From: Clostridia bacterium | GTDB lineage: Bacteria > Bacillota > Clostridia > Monoglobales > Firm-18 | Length of the DNA: 64,000 nt | Assembly: GCA_045654805.1 (NCBI GenBank) | Contig: JAZOOD010000060.1 | Coordinates: 10,491 to 74,490, forward strand | Direction of reading: 5' to 3' | Part shown: piece after piece, positions 1-9,898 of the stretch | How positions within the stretch are numbered: position 1 is the first letter of the stretch | How the letters are laid out: each line of letters begins with the position of its first letter | The notes under the pieces: generated by a model | Databases searched by the model: none | Told to the model about the DNA's origin: nothing | Seen by the model: only the letters and a program-made list of their open reading frames with translations | Made by a program: the position numbers and the translations under genes

Positions 1-285
1 TTAACGGAAAAATGTGTAAACACACTGCTCAATATTATATAAATTACAAAAAACAAAATATAACTTTTAGGTCTATATATGTAATCTAATCTACAAATAA
101 TAATATTGAGTAAACTTAAAAAAATAGTTAAAATCCCTACCAGTAAATTCATATTGCTTTTTATTTTCTCCACATATGTGTCTCCTTTCGGCAACATTAG
201 ACAAAATATATATCATAATATTATACATGATTGAATTATAACACATTAACAAAGGAATTACAATGTTTTACAGGTAACAGTACAT

Positions 286-319
286 AAAAAGGCTCACAAT
301 CTGACGATTGTGAGCCTTT
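286..319 (-). terminator. Rho-independent terminator downstream of tuf
   Basis: Stem GGCTCACAATC (291-301) pairs with GATTGTGAGCC (306-316) around a 4-nt loop. The A-run at 286-290 on + gives a U-run on the minus transcript. It lies about 40 nt after the tuf stop. Confidence 0.8.
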
Positions 320-356
320 GACAAGCTAATTATTTATATAATTTTAAGAGTTAAAA

Positions 357-1559
357 TTATTCGTTGATAGCTGTAACAACGCCTGAACCTACTGTTCTAC
401 CACCTTCACGGATAGCGAAACGAAGACCTTCTTCGATAGCGATAGGAGTGATAAGTTCAACATCCATAGTGATGTTATCACCAGGCATACACATTTCTGT
501 GCCAGCTGGAAGATTAACTACACCTGTAACGTCTGTTGTTCTGAAATAGAACTGTGGACGATAGTTGTTGAAGAATGGTGTATGACGACCACCTTCATCC
601 TTTGTTAGAACGTAAACTTCACCCTTGAATTTTGTGTGAGGGTTGATTGAACCAGGGGCTGAAAGAACCTGACCTCTTTCGATTTCAGTTCTCTGAACAC
701 CACGAAGAAGAGCACCGATGTTATCACCAGCTTCAGCACTGTCAAGAAGTTTTCTGAACATTTCGATACCTGTAACAACAACTTTTCTGCTTTCGTCTGT
801 AAGACCAACGATTTCAACTTCGTCATTAACTTTAAGTGTACCTCTTTCTACTCTACCTGTAGCAACTGTACCACGACCTGTGATAGAGAAGATATCTTCG
901 ATAGGCATCAAGAATGGCTGGTCAGCCATACGGTCTGGAGTTGGGATATATTCGTCAACTGCAGCCATAAGGTCCATAATGCACTTGTAAGCTGGATCGT
1001 TTACATCGTTAGATGCACATTCAATAACACCAAGAGCTGAACCTGAAACGATAGGTGTATCATCACCTGGGAATTCATATTCGTTAAGAAGTTCTCTAAT
1101 TTCCATTTCAACAAGTTCCAAAAGTTCTGGATCGTCAACCTGGTCAGCTTTATTCATAAATACAACGATGTAAGGAACACCAACCTGTCTTGAAAGAAGG
1201 ATATGTTCTCTTGTCTGAGGCATTGGGCCGTCAGCAGCAGATACAACCAAGATAGCACCATCCATCTGAGCAGCACCTGTAATCATGTTCTTAACATAGT
1301 CAGCATGTCCTGGGCAGTCAACGTGAGCGTAGTGACGGTTGTCTGTTTCATATTCAACGTGAGCTGTAGAGATTGTGATACCTCTTTCTCTTTCTTCAGG
1401 AGCCTTATCGATATTAGCGTAATCTGTAAATTCAGCCTGTCCGTTTAGAGCCAATACCTTTGTGATAGCTGCTGTAAGAGTTGTCTTACCATGGTCAACG
1501 TGACCGATTGTACCGATATTAACGTGCGGTTTAGTTCTTTCGTATTTAGCTTTTGCCAT
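357..1559 (-). CDS. tuf: Elongation factor Tu
   Basis: 400-aa ORF starting [28 protein letters not shown], with DCPGH and NKAD GTPase motifs. It is full length, and the RBS AGGGAGGAA lies upstream of the ATG. Confidence 0.99.
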   Translation of the reverse strand: MAKAKYERTKPHVNIGTIGHVDHGKTTLTAAITKVLALNGQAEFTDYANIDKAPEERERGITISTAHVEYETDNRHYAHVDCPGHADYVKNMITGAAQMDGAILVVSAADGPMPQTREHILLSRQVGVPYIVVFMNKADQVDDPELLELVEMEIRELLNEYEFPGDDTPIVSGSALGVIECASNDVNDPAYKCIMDLMAAVDEYIPTPDRMADQPFLMPIEDIFSITGRGTVATGRVERGTLKVNDEVEIVGLTDESRKVVVTGIEMFRKLLDSAEAGDNIGALLRGVQRTEIERGQVLSAPGSINPHTKFKGEVYVLTKDEGGRHTPFFNNYRPQFYFRTTDVTGVVNLPAGTEMCMPGDNITMDVELITPIAIEEGLRFAIREGGRTVGSGVVTAINE

Positions 1560-1637
1560 TTTAAATTCCTCCCTTTATTTTAAAAATACTAATTAAGGTT
1601 ATTATACTAAATAATTTGCAATAATGCAAGCATAAAA

Positions 1638-3716
1638 TTAATTTTTAGCTTTTGAGTTAATAATTTCGTCCTGAATGTTCTTTGGAACTTCGTCATAGTG
1701 GCTTGGCTGCATTGTATACTGACCACGGCCCTGAGTTTTTGAACGAAGGTCTGTTGCATAACCGAACATTTTTTCAAGTGGAACGAAAGATGAAATAGCG
1801 ATTGCACCGTTACGTGTTTCCTGACCCTGAATCTGACCACGACGTGAGCTCAAATCACCCATAACGTCGCCAAGATATTCATCAGGAACAACGATGTCAA
1901 CCTGCATAATAGGTTCCTTCAAAACAGGGTCTGCCTTACGACAAGCCTCCTTGAAAGCCATAGATGCAGCACTCTTACACGCCATTTCAGATGAGTCAAC
2001 TTCGAGGTATGAACCGTCAACAAGAGAAACTTTGGAGTCTACAACATTGTAGCCTGCAAGTACACCTGTAAGTGAAGCACTCTGGATACCCGCATCAACA
2101 GCCGGAATGTATTCCTTAGGGATAGCACCGCCGACAATCTTGTTTTCGAACACATAACCTGCACCCGGTTCAAGTGGTTCAACCTCGATAACAACGTGAC
2201 CGTACTGCCCTTTACCACCAGACTGACGAGCGTATTTATGGTCAACCTTAACAGGCTTTCTGATAGCTTCTCTATATGAAACCTGAGGAGCACCTACGTT
2301 AGCCTCAACCTTAAATTCTCTCTGTAGACGGTCAACAATAATTTCAAGATGAAGCTCACCCATACCTGCGATAATTGTCTGACCTGTTTCTTCGTCTGTA
2401 TATGTCTTGAATGTTGGGTCTTCTTCAGCAAGTTTAGCCAAAGCGATACCCATTTTTTCCTGACCTGCTTTAGTCTTAGGCTCGATAGCTACTGAAATAA
2501 CCGGTTCTGGGAATTCCATAGATTCCAAGATAATTGGAGCTTTTTCATCACAAAGAGTATCACCTGTTGTAGTATTCTTGATACCTACGCAGGCAGCGAT
2601 ATCACCTGAGTAAACGATATCAATATCTTCTCTATGGTTAGCATGCATCTGCAAAATTCTACCGATTCTTTCTTTATTAGACTTTGTTGAGTTGTAAACA
2701 TATGAGCCACTTGTCAAAGTACCGGAATATACTCTAAAGAAGCAAAGCTTACCAACAAATGGGTCTGTAGCAATCTTAAATGCAAGAGCACTGAAAGGCT
2801 CTTCATCAGAAGCGTGACGGCAGTCAGCCTCTTCTGTATCAGGGTTAATACCCTCGATAGCAGGAATATCAAGTGGAGAAGGCATATAGTCGATAACTGC
2901 GTCCAAAAGCTTCTGTACACCTCTGTTACGATAAGCTGTACCGCAAAGTACAGGAGTAATAGCAAGGCTGATTGTAGCAGCACGAAGACCCTTCTTAAGT
3001 TCTTCGATTGTCAACTCTTCACCTTCAAGATATTTCATCATTAATTCTTCATCGTTTTCAGCAATAGCTTCAACTAATTCAGAACGGTACATTTCAGCCT
3101 TTTCCAACATATCTGCAGGAACGTCAACAACATCAATGTCCATACCCTTATCATCATTATAGATGTAAGCTTTCATTTCAAGCAAGTCGATAAGACCCTT
3201 GAAGTCGTCTTCAGCACCGATAGGAAGCTGAATCGGAATAGCATTACATTTCAAACGATCTTTCATCATATCAACTACGTTATAGAAGTCAGCACCCATA
3301 ATATCCATTTTGTTTACAAATGCCATACGTGGTACCTTGTAGTTGTCAGCCTGACGCCATACAGTTTCAGACTGTGGTTCAACACCACCCTTAGCACAGA
3401 ATACAGTAACAGAACCGTCCAATACACGTAGTGAACGTTCAACTTCAACTGTAAAGTCAACGTGTCCAGGGGTATCGATAATATTAATTCTGTGATTCAA
3501 CCAACGGCAAGTTGTAGCAGCTGATGTGATAGTAATACCACGTTCCTGCTCCTGAACCATCCAGTCCATTGTTGCTGTACCGTCATGTGTATCACCGATT
3601 TTATGGTTAATACCTGTATAATATAGGATACGCTCAGTAGTTGTTGTTTTACCAGCATCGATATGAGCCATGATACCTATATTTCTGGTTTTTTCAAGAG
3701 AAAACTCTCTACCCAA
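1638..3716 (-). CDS. fusA: Elongation factor G
   Basis: 692 aa with [17 protein letters not shown] and NKMD motifs. TTG start preceded by GAAGGAGGAAA. Canonical position between rpsG and tuf. Confidence 0.98.
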   Translation of the reverse strand: MGREFSLEKTRNIGIMAHIDAGKTTTTERILYYTGINHKIGDTHDGTATMDWMVQEQERGITITSAATTCRWLNHRINIIDTPGHVDFTVEVERSLRVLDGSVTVFCAKGGVEPQSETVWRQADNYKVPRMAFVNKMDIMGADFYNVVDMMKDRLKCNAIPIQLPIGAEDDFKGLIDLLEMKAYIYNDDKGMDIDVVDVPADMLEKAEMYRSELVEAIAENDEELMMKYLEGEELTIEELKKGLRAATISLAITPVLCGTAYRNRGVQKLLDAVIDYMPSPLDIPAIEGINPDTEEADCRHASDEEPFSALAFKIATDPFVGKLCFFRVYSGTLTSGSYVYNSTKSNKERIGRILQMHANHREDIDIVYSGDIAACVGIKNTTTGDTLCDEKAPIILESMEFPEPVISVAIEPKTKAGQEKMGIALAKLAEEDPTFKTYTDEETGQTIIAGMGELHLEIIVDRLQREFKVEANVGAPQVSYREAIRKPVKVDHKYARQSGGKGQYGHVVIEVEPLEPGAGYVFENKIVGGAIPKEYIPAVDAGIQSASLTGVLAGYNVVDSKVSLVDGSYLEVDSSEMACKSAASMAFKEACRKADPVLKEPIMQVDIVVPDEYLGDVMGDLSSRRGQIQGQETRNGAIAISSFVPLEKMFGYATDLRSKTQGRGQYTMQPSHYDEVPKNIQDEIINSKAKN

Positions 3717-3784
3717 TTTTTTTCCTCCTTCCTCATCTTATGGAGTTAAATTTTTATAGTGCAGGGCAAATAAACCCTGTGTAA

Positions 3785-4255
3785 TTACCAACGGTAATGA
3801 GCAAAAGCTTTGTTAGCTTCAGCCATTTTGTGAGTATCTTCGCGTTTCTTAACTGCGCCACCCATACCATTAACAGCATCGATGATTTCAGCAGCCAATC
3901 TTTCGCTCATTGTTCTTTCACTTCTCGCACGAGAATATGTTGTCAACCAACGAAGTCCCAATGTCTGACGTCTTTCAGGACGAACCTCCATAGGAACCTG
4001 ATAGTTAGCACCACCAACACGGCGAGCTTTAACTTCAAGTAATGGCATAATGTTGTTCATAGCTTCTTCAAAAGCCTCAACAGGGTCTTTTGATGTCTTT
4101 TCCTTTACGATATCAAACGCATCATAAACGATTTTCTGAGCAACACCCTTCTTACCATCAAGCATAATATTGTTGATTAGACGTGTAACAACCTTGTTTC
4201 CGTAAAGTGGATCAGGCAATACGTCTCTCTTTGGAACAAAACCTCTTCTTGGCAC
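3785..4255 (-). CDS. rpsG: 30S ribosomal protein S7
   Basis: The ORF track starts at 4273, but that ATG lies inside the RBS AAGGAGGGAAGG. The GTG at 4255 gives the canonical (M)[18 protein letters not shown]-terminus. Confidence 0.97.
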   Translation of the reverse strand: MPRRGFVPKRDVLPDPLYGNKVVTRLINNIMLDGKKGVAQKIVYDAFDIVKEKTSKDPVEAFEEAMNNIMPLLEVKARRVGGANYQVPMEVRPERRQTLGLRWLTTYSRARSERTMSERLAAEIIDAVNGMGGAVKKREDTHKMAEANKAFAHYRW

Positions 4256-4413
4256 TTTCCTTCCCTCCTTCATAAATAAATGAAATCACAGGTACTCGCA
4301 AGATAAATTGCGTCAGCGCGCATTTCAGGATATATATATAAATATACCACGGTGAAAACGCACCATTTTTGTGATTTGTTTCGTACACCATGGTACGAGA
4401 TTTTCCTTAAAAA

Positions 4414-4833
4414 TTACTTACCTTCTTTCGGTCTCTTAGCACCGTACAAGCTACGGCTCTGACGACGTGCAGCAACACCTGCAGCATCCAGAGTACCACG
4501 GATAATATGGTATCTAACACCGGGAAGGTCCTTAACTCTACCGCCACGAATCAAAACAACGCTATGTTCCTGAATGTTATGACCCACACCCGGAATGTAA
4601 GCAGAAACCTCGATACCATTTGTAAGACGAACTCTGGCAATTTTACGAAGAGCTGAGTTAGGCTTTTTAGGTGTCATAGTTTTAACTACTGTACAAACGC
4701 CTCTCTTTTGTGGAGAACTGTGATTTGTAGCTTTTTTTCTCAAAGAGTTAAAACCCTTTAGTAAGGCAGGAGCTGTAGACTTTTTAACAGAAGTCGCACG
4801 ACCTGTTCTTACAAGCTGATTAAATGTTGGCAA
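4414..4833 (-). CDS. rpsL: 30S ribosomal protein S12
   Basis: 139 aa starting [12 protein letters not shown], with ...[10 protein letters not shown]... TTG start preceded by AGGAGGTGA. Confidence 0.98.
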   Translation of the reverse strand: MPTFNQLVRTGRATSVKKSTAPALLKGFNSLRKKATNHSSPQKRGVCTVVKTMTPKKPNSALRKIARVRLTNGIEVSAYIPGVGHNIQEHSVVLIRGGRVKDLPGVRYHIIRGTLDAAGVAARRQSRSLYGAKRPKEGK

Positions 4834-4905
4834 TTACTTTCACCTCCTGTTTATAATTTAAAACATATAATGAACCCATGGCAAGTATAATTTACCACAG
4901 GAGCA

Positions 4906-5148
4906 CTAACCAATTATTGCAGCAACCGCTGCAGGAACATCAATTTTGCACGCGTTTCCAAGTTGTTTCATAGAATCAACAAACTCAATTTCAACGCCGT
5001 TTACATTGCATAAATCTACGATTTTGCCGTAAATATCAGGTGCTACATCCTTAGCCAGGAACACCTTTTTTGCGGTGTGTTCTTCAATCGAACGTCGAAC
5101 TTGTTTAAGCCCTACCACCTTTTGGGAATTTTGTAAATTATCTAACAT
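4906..5148 (-). CDS. L7Ae-family ribosome-associated protein (YbxF-like)
   Basis: 80 aa in the conserved Firmicute position immediately upstream of rpsL. L7Ae-like sequence (VVGLKQVRRSIEEHTAKKVFLAKD...). Confidence 0.85.
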   Translation of the reverse strand: MLDNLQNSQKVVGLKQVRRSIEEHTAKKVFLAKDVAPDIYGKIVDLCNVNGVEIEFVDSMKQLGNACKIDVPAAVAAIIG

Positions 5149-5166
5149 TATTCCACAGCCTCCAAT

Positions 5167-5195
5167 ATATTATCACAATATGTAAAATATGTCAA
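5167..5195 (-). promoter_or_regulatory. Sigma-A type promoter for the L7Ae-rpsL-rpsG-fusA-tuf transcription unit
   Basis: On the minus strand, TTGACA (5195-5190), a 17-nt spacer, then TAATAT (5172-5167). It lies about 20 nt upstream of the L7Ae-like start. Confidence 0.7.
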
Positions 5196-5312
5196 GTATT
5201 TTTTGTGTTTTTAGATTATCCAATTAAAAATATTACAGATTATTACAACAACAAAATAATTTCTATTAACTAAAAGGAATGATTGAAAAAATGCCTCTGT
5301 AAGGTATCATAG

Positions 5313-6056
5313 TTACTTCCTTAATTTCCTGCAATATTGTGTGCAGAGCTTGTCTGTACATTCCGAACATCTAAGTGCCATATTACTATTTTCCCAAAAC
5401 CTTTCCGGATATGTAAATACACATATTTCCCAAACGGTCCATATAAGGAATGAGAATATTACAAGGGTCCATGAATAAAAACTGTTTACAGAAATAATCG
5501 ACAAAAACATCATTAAATGGTCCCAATTAAATATTCTGCAGGTTGTACAGCATTTGTTTTTCATTATGAGCCTGAAGGGACACCAAATGAGAACGCATAT
5601 TAAATCGCAAACATAAAAGAATGTTGATAACAGTATCATTATCCCTGTATCTATTATTCCTGTCAAATGTAATATGCTAATTACTATGGTAAGCAAAATC
5701 CATATTACCATAACCTTGTATGCTGACGAGGTTGTGTCTTTGATGTATTGCTTCAGGTTCTTATAATTAATCTTCTCTTTTATTGGTCTGAAAAGTGATT
5801 GAAATACCTTTTGTGAACCTATGGATATATGTGCCTTTACAGGTATGAGTTGTAATATCATATCCCACATCCATATTATCCATAACAGATGTAAAGGCGA
5901 AAATTCCTTAAAGAAATTCCACCCGTCTGTAATATCAAATTTTTCTCTGTCAAATATGTATATCAAAATCGCAATAAGGAATACGATAATTCTCCCCATA
6001 AGCCTTATAAAATAAATCCCTCTTGTTTTTGATATTGGCTCTTTTGTTTGTTGCAT
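5313..6056 (-). CDS. Multi-pass membrane protein with Cys-rich motifs, function unknown
   Basis: 247 aa with several hydrophobic helices. It carries the motifs CCTTC and CSECTDKLCTQYC. No family recognised. Confidence 0.7.
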   Translation of the reverse strand: MQQTKEPISKTRGIYFIRLMGRIIVFLIAILIYIFDREKFDITDGWNFFKEFSPLHLLWIIWMWDMILQLIPVKAHISIGSQKVFQSLFRPIKEKINYKNLKQYIKDTTSSAYKVMVIWILLTIVISILHLTGIIDTGIMILLSTFFYVCDLICVLIWCPFRLIMKNKCCTTCRIFNWDHLMMFLSIISVNSFYSWTLVIFSFLIWTVWEICVFTYPERFWENSNMALRCSECTDKLCTQYCRKLRK

Positions 6057-6463
6057 TTGTTATATGTTCTCCGTTTCGTCAAATTTATTTCCTTCTATTT
6101 TAAAAATGCATATTATTTACTTTTTTATCAGGTAATCTCTGATATCCTTGGCGGTCAACTGACAGAAAATCAACCAACCGCTGACTTTTAAGGAAATCGT
6201 GAATTTGGAACTATTTTACTTTGATTATTATACTATAATATACCCATAAAGTCAATAAATGAGGAGGATTGATATAATAGGAAAATAATTAAAATTGATG
6301 AGAAAAAATGTAACGTTTAGAAATATTATTCAGTAACTTGCACTTTAACTATTGCATATTATATTGCAGAAAGCTTTTATAAAATATTTCCATCAAAACA
6401 AAATATTTGCGAGGATACTTCTTCTCGATATATTCTATACGCTATTATAAAGGGGTAGATATT

Positions 6464-6634
6464 ATGAATTTATGTCAGCTTACCGCTTCTATAACTGCAA
6501 CTGCTAATGCAATTTCAAGCAGATTAAGCATTGAAGAAACAACATTGCTTGCCACCATTCTTGTGCAATTAGGCGATACATTGGCAACAATCGCAACACA
6601 AAGAACAATATGTGAGGCAAAAAACAATAAATGA
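6464..6634 (+). CDS. Small Ala/Thr-rich hypothetical protein
   Basis: The track ORF starts at a TTG at 6407. The ATG at 6464 is preceded by AAAGGGG. Product is MNLCQLTASITATANAISSRLSIEETTLLATILVQLGDTLATIATQRTICEAKNNK. The LLA.I..QLGDTLATIA motif resembles small clostridial ORFs, from memory only. Confidence 0.55.
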   Translation: MNLCQLTASITATANAISSRLSIEETTLLATILVQLGDTLATIATQRTICEAKNNK

Positions 6635-6639
6635 AAAAA

Positions 6640-7314
6640 TTAATTTACGGGAAATAGGGTAAGTTTATTGTTTTTATCACACACTCCTAAATATATCTCT
6701 TTTGCATTTTTATATTTTTGTTTCTTTAATTGTTTGTCAAGCCACACTAAATCAAGTCCAATCCTTTTTAGATTTTCGTGTAATATGCGTCCGTCCATAA
6801 TAATTTCCGTGCATATTTCCTCTTTGTCAGGAGTGATATTCATATCTTCGGGTGTAAGCGGTCTTTTTTTGCTTTTCGGCAAAATTGTAATTCTGCCGTT
6901 ATACTCAAAAACAGCAGTTTGTATATCGTTTATGTTGAAATATCCCTCTTGACGGCACAAAACCATAAATTCCGAAAGCTCAAGTTTTGCCTTTTTCATA
7001 TTTTTTCGATACAATTTGCCGTTATCCATAACGATGGTTGGTGTTCCGTTGATATACTTACGGGTTTTAGGGAATTTGTGAGCAAGTATTGTAAGTCCAA
7101 GTGCAACCACACCATAAACTATCATTGCAACAAGCGGTTTCCAGGGCGATTCCAATTCTGTTGCAAGCTCAGCCGCTATTGATCCAATCGTTATACCTGT
7201 GATATAATCAAAGAAATCAAGTTGTGCCATCTGCTTGTGTCCCATTATTTTTGCAATAACAAACAATGACACTGCTGATAGTAGCGAAGTTAAAACAACC
7301 TTAATTAATTCCAA
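6640..7314 (-). CDS. DUF421 / YetF-family membrane protein
   Basis: 224 aa. The N-terminus has three helices (IAKIMGHKQMAQLDFFDYITGITIGSIAAELA), and the soluble C-terminal domain is typical of YetF/YdfS-like proteins. Confidence 0.8.
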   Translation of the reverse strand: MELIKVVLTSLLSAVSLFVIAKIMGHKQMAQLDFFDYITGITIGSIAAELATELESPWKPLVAMIVYGVVALGLTILAHKFPKTRKYINGTPTIVMDNGKLYRKNMKKAKLELSEFMVLCRQEGYFNINDIQTAVFEYNGRITILPKSKKRPLTPEDMNITPDKEEICTEIIMDGRILHENLKRIGLDLVWLDKQLKKQKYKNAKEIYLGVCDKNNKLTLFPVN

Positions 7315-7409
7315 TTAAAAATCACTTCCTTTTTTCTTTATTATGCGTTTACGGTTGAACATTTATTACAACATACTTGGTTTTCAATAAAAACACTTAA
7401 CTCCACATA

Positions 7410-7446
7410 AAAAATAAACGGAACTGAAATTCAGTTCCGCCTTTTT
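7410..7446 (-). terminator. Rho-independent terminator downstream of glycerate kinase
   Basis: CGGAACTGA (7419-7427) pairs with TCAGTTCCG (7431-7439). The minus-strand transcript continues with TTTATTTTTT. Confidence 0.8.
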
Positions 7447-7511
7447 ACAAATATCATATGTATTGTTTATTAAACAATTATATATCCCTTTTATCTTTTC
7501 ATACTGTCACA

Positions 7512-8651
7512 CTAAGAACAAGCTTTTATCAACCCAAACACTTGTTTGGCTGTATCTTTTAGATTTTTATATGTATTATTACTATCCATTGCCTCCTGCA
7601 ACGAACACGGCGTCTTTAAAATGGAGAAGAATGCATCAATACCGTGTTCATTACAAATTACCGCATCTTCCGTCACACATCCCGAAAAAGCAATTACAGG
7701 CTTTTTATATTTTTTTGCAAGTTTTGCTACTCCAACAGGTGCTTTTCCCATATATGATTGTCCATCCAGCCGACCCTCACCTGTAACAACAATATCAGCA
7801 TTTTTTATATAGTTTTCAAGTTCAGTTTCTTTAATCACTAAATCAATACCGGGCTCAAGTGTTGCATTTAAATATGACAAAAATGCAAAACCCATACCTC
7901 CTGCAGCACCTGCTCCGGAGATATTCATTTCAGAATATGGCTTTACCATTTTTGTTAAATGGGCATAATTTTCAAGCCACATATCCATATCCTTAATCAT
8001 TTCCGGAGATGCTCCCTTTTGGGGACCGTAAATTGCACTGCACCCATTTTCACCACACAGAGGATTTTTCACATCACAGGCAACACAGAAAGTACATTCT
8101 TTTAGTTCCTCAACAGCTTTATCTATCTTTATTTCTAAAATTGACTTAAGCCCCTTTGCACCAAAAGGCACCTGATTTCCGCAATTATCTAAAAATTCAA
8201 AGCCTAATGCCTGGAGCATACCTACTCCTCCGTCATTAGTTGCACTGCCGCCTATTCCCACAATAAACTTACGGCATCCCTTTGAAATTGCATCCAAAAT
8301 AAGCTCTCCAACGCCAAATGTAGTTGTATTCAACGGATTTCGTTCATCTTCTTTTATAAGTGTAATCCCTGCTGCAGCGGACATTTCTATAACAGCCGTA
8401 TTTGTGCGTGGAATAATTCCGTAACTGCTCTTTATTAGCTTTCCTAAAGGATTATGAACAGTAACCTCCACCATTTTGCCGTTATTTACGGATATAACAG
8501 CATCAACAGTACCCTCGCCACCATCAGCAATAGGAATTACAGTTGTTTGAGCATCAGGATAAATACACATTATCCCCTCCGCTACTGCCTCTCCTGCCCG
8601 AAAAGTAGAAAGACTACCTTTAAATGAATCTATTGCTATTGTCACATTCAT
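7512..8651 (-). CDS. glxK: Glycerate kinase
   Basis: 379 aa starting MNVTIAIDSFKGSLS, with ...GGSATNDGGVGMLQALG... Full-length glycerate kinase family. Confidence 0.93.
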   Translation of the reverse strand: MNVTIAIDSFKGSLSTFRAGEAVAEGIMCIYPDAQTTVIPIADGGEGTVDAVISVNNGKMVEVTVHNPLGKLIKSSYGIIPRTNTAVIEMSAAAGITLIKEDERNPLNTTTFGVGELILDAISKGCRKFIVGIGGSATNDGGVGMLQALGFEFLDNCGNQVPFGAKGLKSILEIKIDKAVEELKECTFCVACDVKNPLCGENGCSAIYGPQKGASPEMIKDMDMWLENYAHLTKMVKPYSEMNISGAGAAGGMGFAFLSYLNATLEPGIDLVIKETELENYIKNADIVVTGEGRLDGQSYMGKAPVGVAKLAKKYKKPVIAFSGCVTEDAVICNEHGIDAFFSILKTPCSLQEAMDSNNTYKNLKDTAKQVFGLIKACS

Positions 8652-8860
8652 ACATTTTCCTCTGTTTCATAAATATATTTATTAAAATCCTATTATAAAA
8701 AAACTTCGGTACCCAAATCACCTTCAACGTTAAGTTTTTCTAATTTTCTTCTCAGCATATAGATTACGCATACTGTATTTACCCATCGTATAATCTTCAC
8801 CTGAATATATTCCTTATGGGAACGTACCTCATAACGCGAATAGTGACTTGAATACAATTC

Positions 8861-8889
8861 ATTCTATCATAAAACAAAACAAATATCAA
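8861..8889 (-). promoter_or_regulatory. Sigma-A type promoter upstream of glycerate kinase (implies a long leader)
   Basis: On the minus strand, TTGATA (8889-8884), a 17-nt spacer, then TAGAAT (8866-8861) with TG two nt upstream. It predicts a 5' UTR of roughly 200 nt. Confidence 0.6.
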
Positions 8890-8903
8890 CTGTAATGAGC
8901 AGT

Positions 8904-8930
8904 AAAAAAGACCCACCTGAGGCGGGTCTT
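8904..8930 (-). terminator. Rho-independent terminator of the Cys-rich protein gene
   Basis: AGACCC(A)CC pairs with GG(C)GGGTCT. The minus-strand transcript continues TTTTTT directly after the stem. It lies 8 nt after the stop at 8938. Confidence 0.8.
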
Positions 8931-8937
8931 AAAACAT

Positions 8938-9738
8938 TTACTTACAGCAGCAATCGTCCTCAAATTCCCCACGCTGCGGAGGGAAAAATTCGTCCATAGG
9001 GAAGCGAAGTGAATTAAAGAGTTCGCAAGGATTTTGCTCTGTTGCAGCAGTACATTCCTTAGTTGGGATACAGAAGTCTATCGCCGGTATTAAAAGCTGA
9101 ACATTACGTTCTATTTTAATAATAGTAAATATACCCAGTGTCACTAATATTTTACGTTCATTTGAAGGAACAACCAATTGGTTATTAAAGCATCCGCAAA
9201 TAGAATCAGGAATACTGGATACATCACAACAACAGCAACAACATTTTTCATTAGCGTCAACAATTCTTGCTGACAAGGCTATAGGATCCACCACTTCGAC
9301 TACTGCTTTAGGCAAGTTGTTTTTCTTCCACATAACAGGCATTTGATTACCGGGATTATATGACGAAGAAAAGGTTTTTGAGGTACCCTCCGAACCGAAT
9401 AAGATAACTTTTTTATCATACGTTGCAAGTCCTTCTACCTGAGTAGGCTGACCAACACCGCGGAATACATCAAGAATAACCTTAAAGAAATACTTAATAT
9501 CTACTGTGAAAAAGCCCTTGTTAAACGGTACCGGCTCTAAATCCGTAAAAACCCATATAACCTCTGCACTTCTTACCTTAACGTTGATTGCCTGGTCTAC
9601 AATACACTGACCCTCTTCAGTTAAAATAACCTGCAAATCCTCGAGACAGTCTTTTTCCTTACAGGAATCATACACTTGGTCGGTATGGATACATACGCCG
9701 TCTTTAAAATCGCAGTTAGGTCTTGTAACCTCATTCAT
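8938..9738 (-). CDS. Cysteine-rich hypothetical protein (19 Cys, CCCCCC run, C-terminal CCCK)
   Basis: 266 aa with RBS GGGAGG 8 nt before the ATG and its own terminator. No signal peptide or TM segment seen. The hexa-Cys run is encoded at 9226-9243. Confidence 0.75.
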   Translation of the reverse strand: MNEVTRPNCDFKDGVCIHTDQVYDSCKEKDCLEDLQVILTEEGQCIVDQAINVKVRSAEVIWVFTDLEPVPFNKGFFTVDIKYFFKVILDVFRGVGQPTQVEGLATYDKKVILFGSEGTSKTFSSSYNPGNQMPVMWKKNNLPKAVVEVVDPIALSARIVDANEKCCCCCCDVSSIPDSICGCFNNQLVVPSNERKILVTLGIFTIIKIERNVQLLIPAIDFCIPTKECTAATEQNPCELFNSLRFPMDEFFPPQRGEFEDDCCCK

Positions 9739-9835
9739 AGCATTAACCTCCCATATAAGTATTGAATATATAATTTAAAGCTCAATATATAATATGAGAT
9801 AAAATAAAAAATGCTACAAATACATATTTGCATAG

Positions 9836-9868
9836 CAAAAACCGCTGATAAAAACTATCAGCGGTATT
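9836..9868 (-). terminator. Rho-independent terminator downstream of rpmB
   Basis: CCGCTGATA pairs with TATCAGCGG (9842-9864). The minus transcript continues TTTTTGC. Confidence 0.8.
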
Positions 9869-9898
9869 ATGTGTCAGTATTAATATTTAACATCAATA

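Noticed and set aside
1-152. Possible small hydrophobic ORF on the minus strand (MNLLVGILTIFLSLLNIIICRLDYIYRPKSYILFFVIYIILSSVFTHFSV..., running off the window start)
   Set aside because: The GGAG is about 15 nt from the ATG, which is poor spacing. The ORF is truncated by the window edge and sits in very AT-rich DNA where such ORFs arise by chance. It cannot be supported.
7463-7812. Plus-strand ORFs of 107 aa and 88 aa
   Set aside because: They overlap the 3' part of glycerate kinase in antisense and have no RBS.
8780-8860. Purine-riboswitch-like string CGTATAATC...CTGAATAT on the plus strand
   Set aside because: It is on the wrong strand for any downstream gene, and the J2/3 GUUUCUACC and 3' GACUAUG elements are missing.
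9739-9835. Sigma-K-type promoter for the Cys-rich gene (CATATTATA)
   Set aside because: Only the -10-like element is present, and the expected AC at the -35 position with 16-17-nt spacing is not matched. It is mentioned as a hint only and not annotated.
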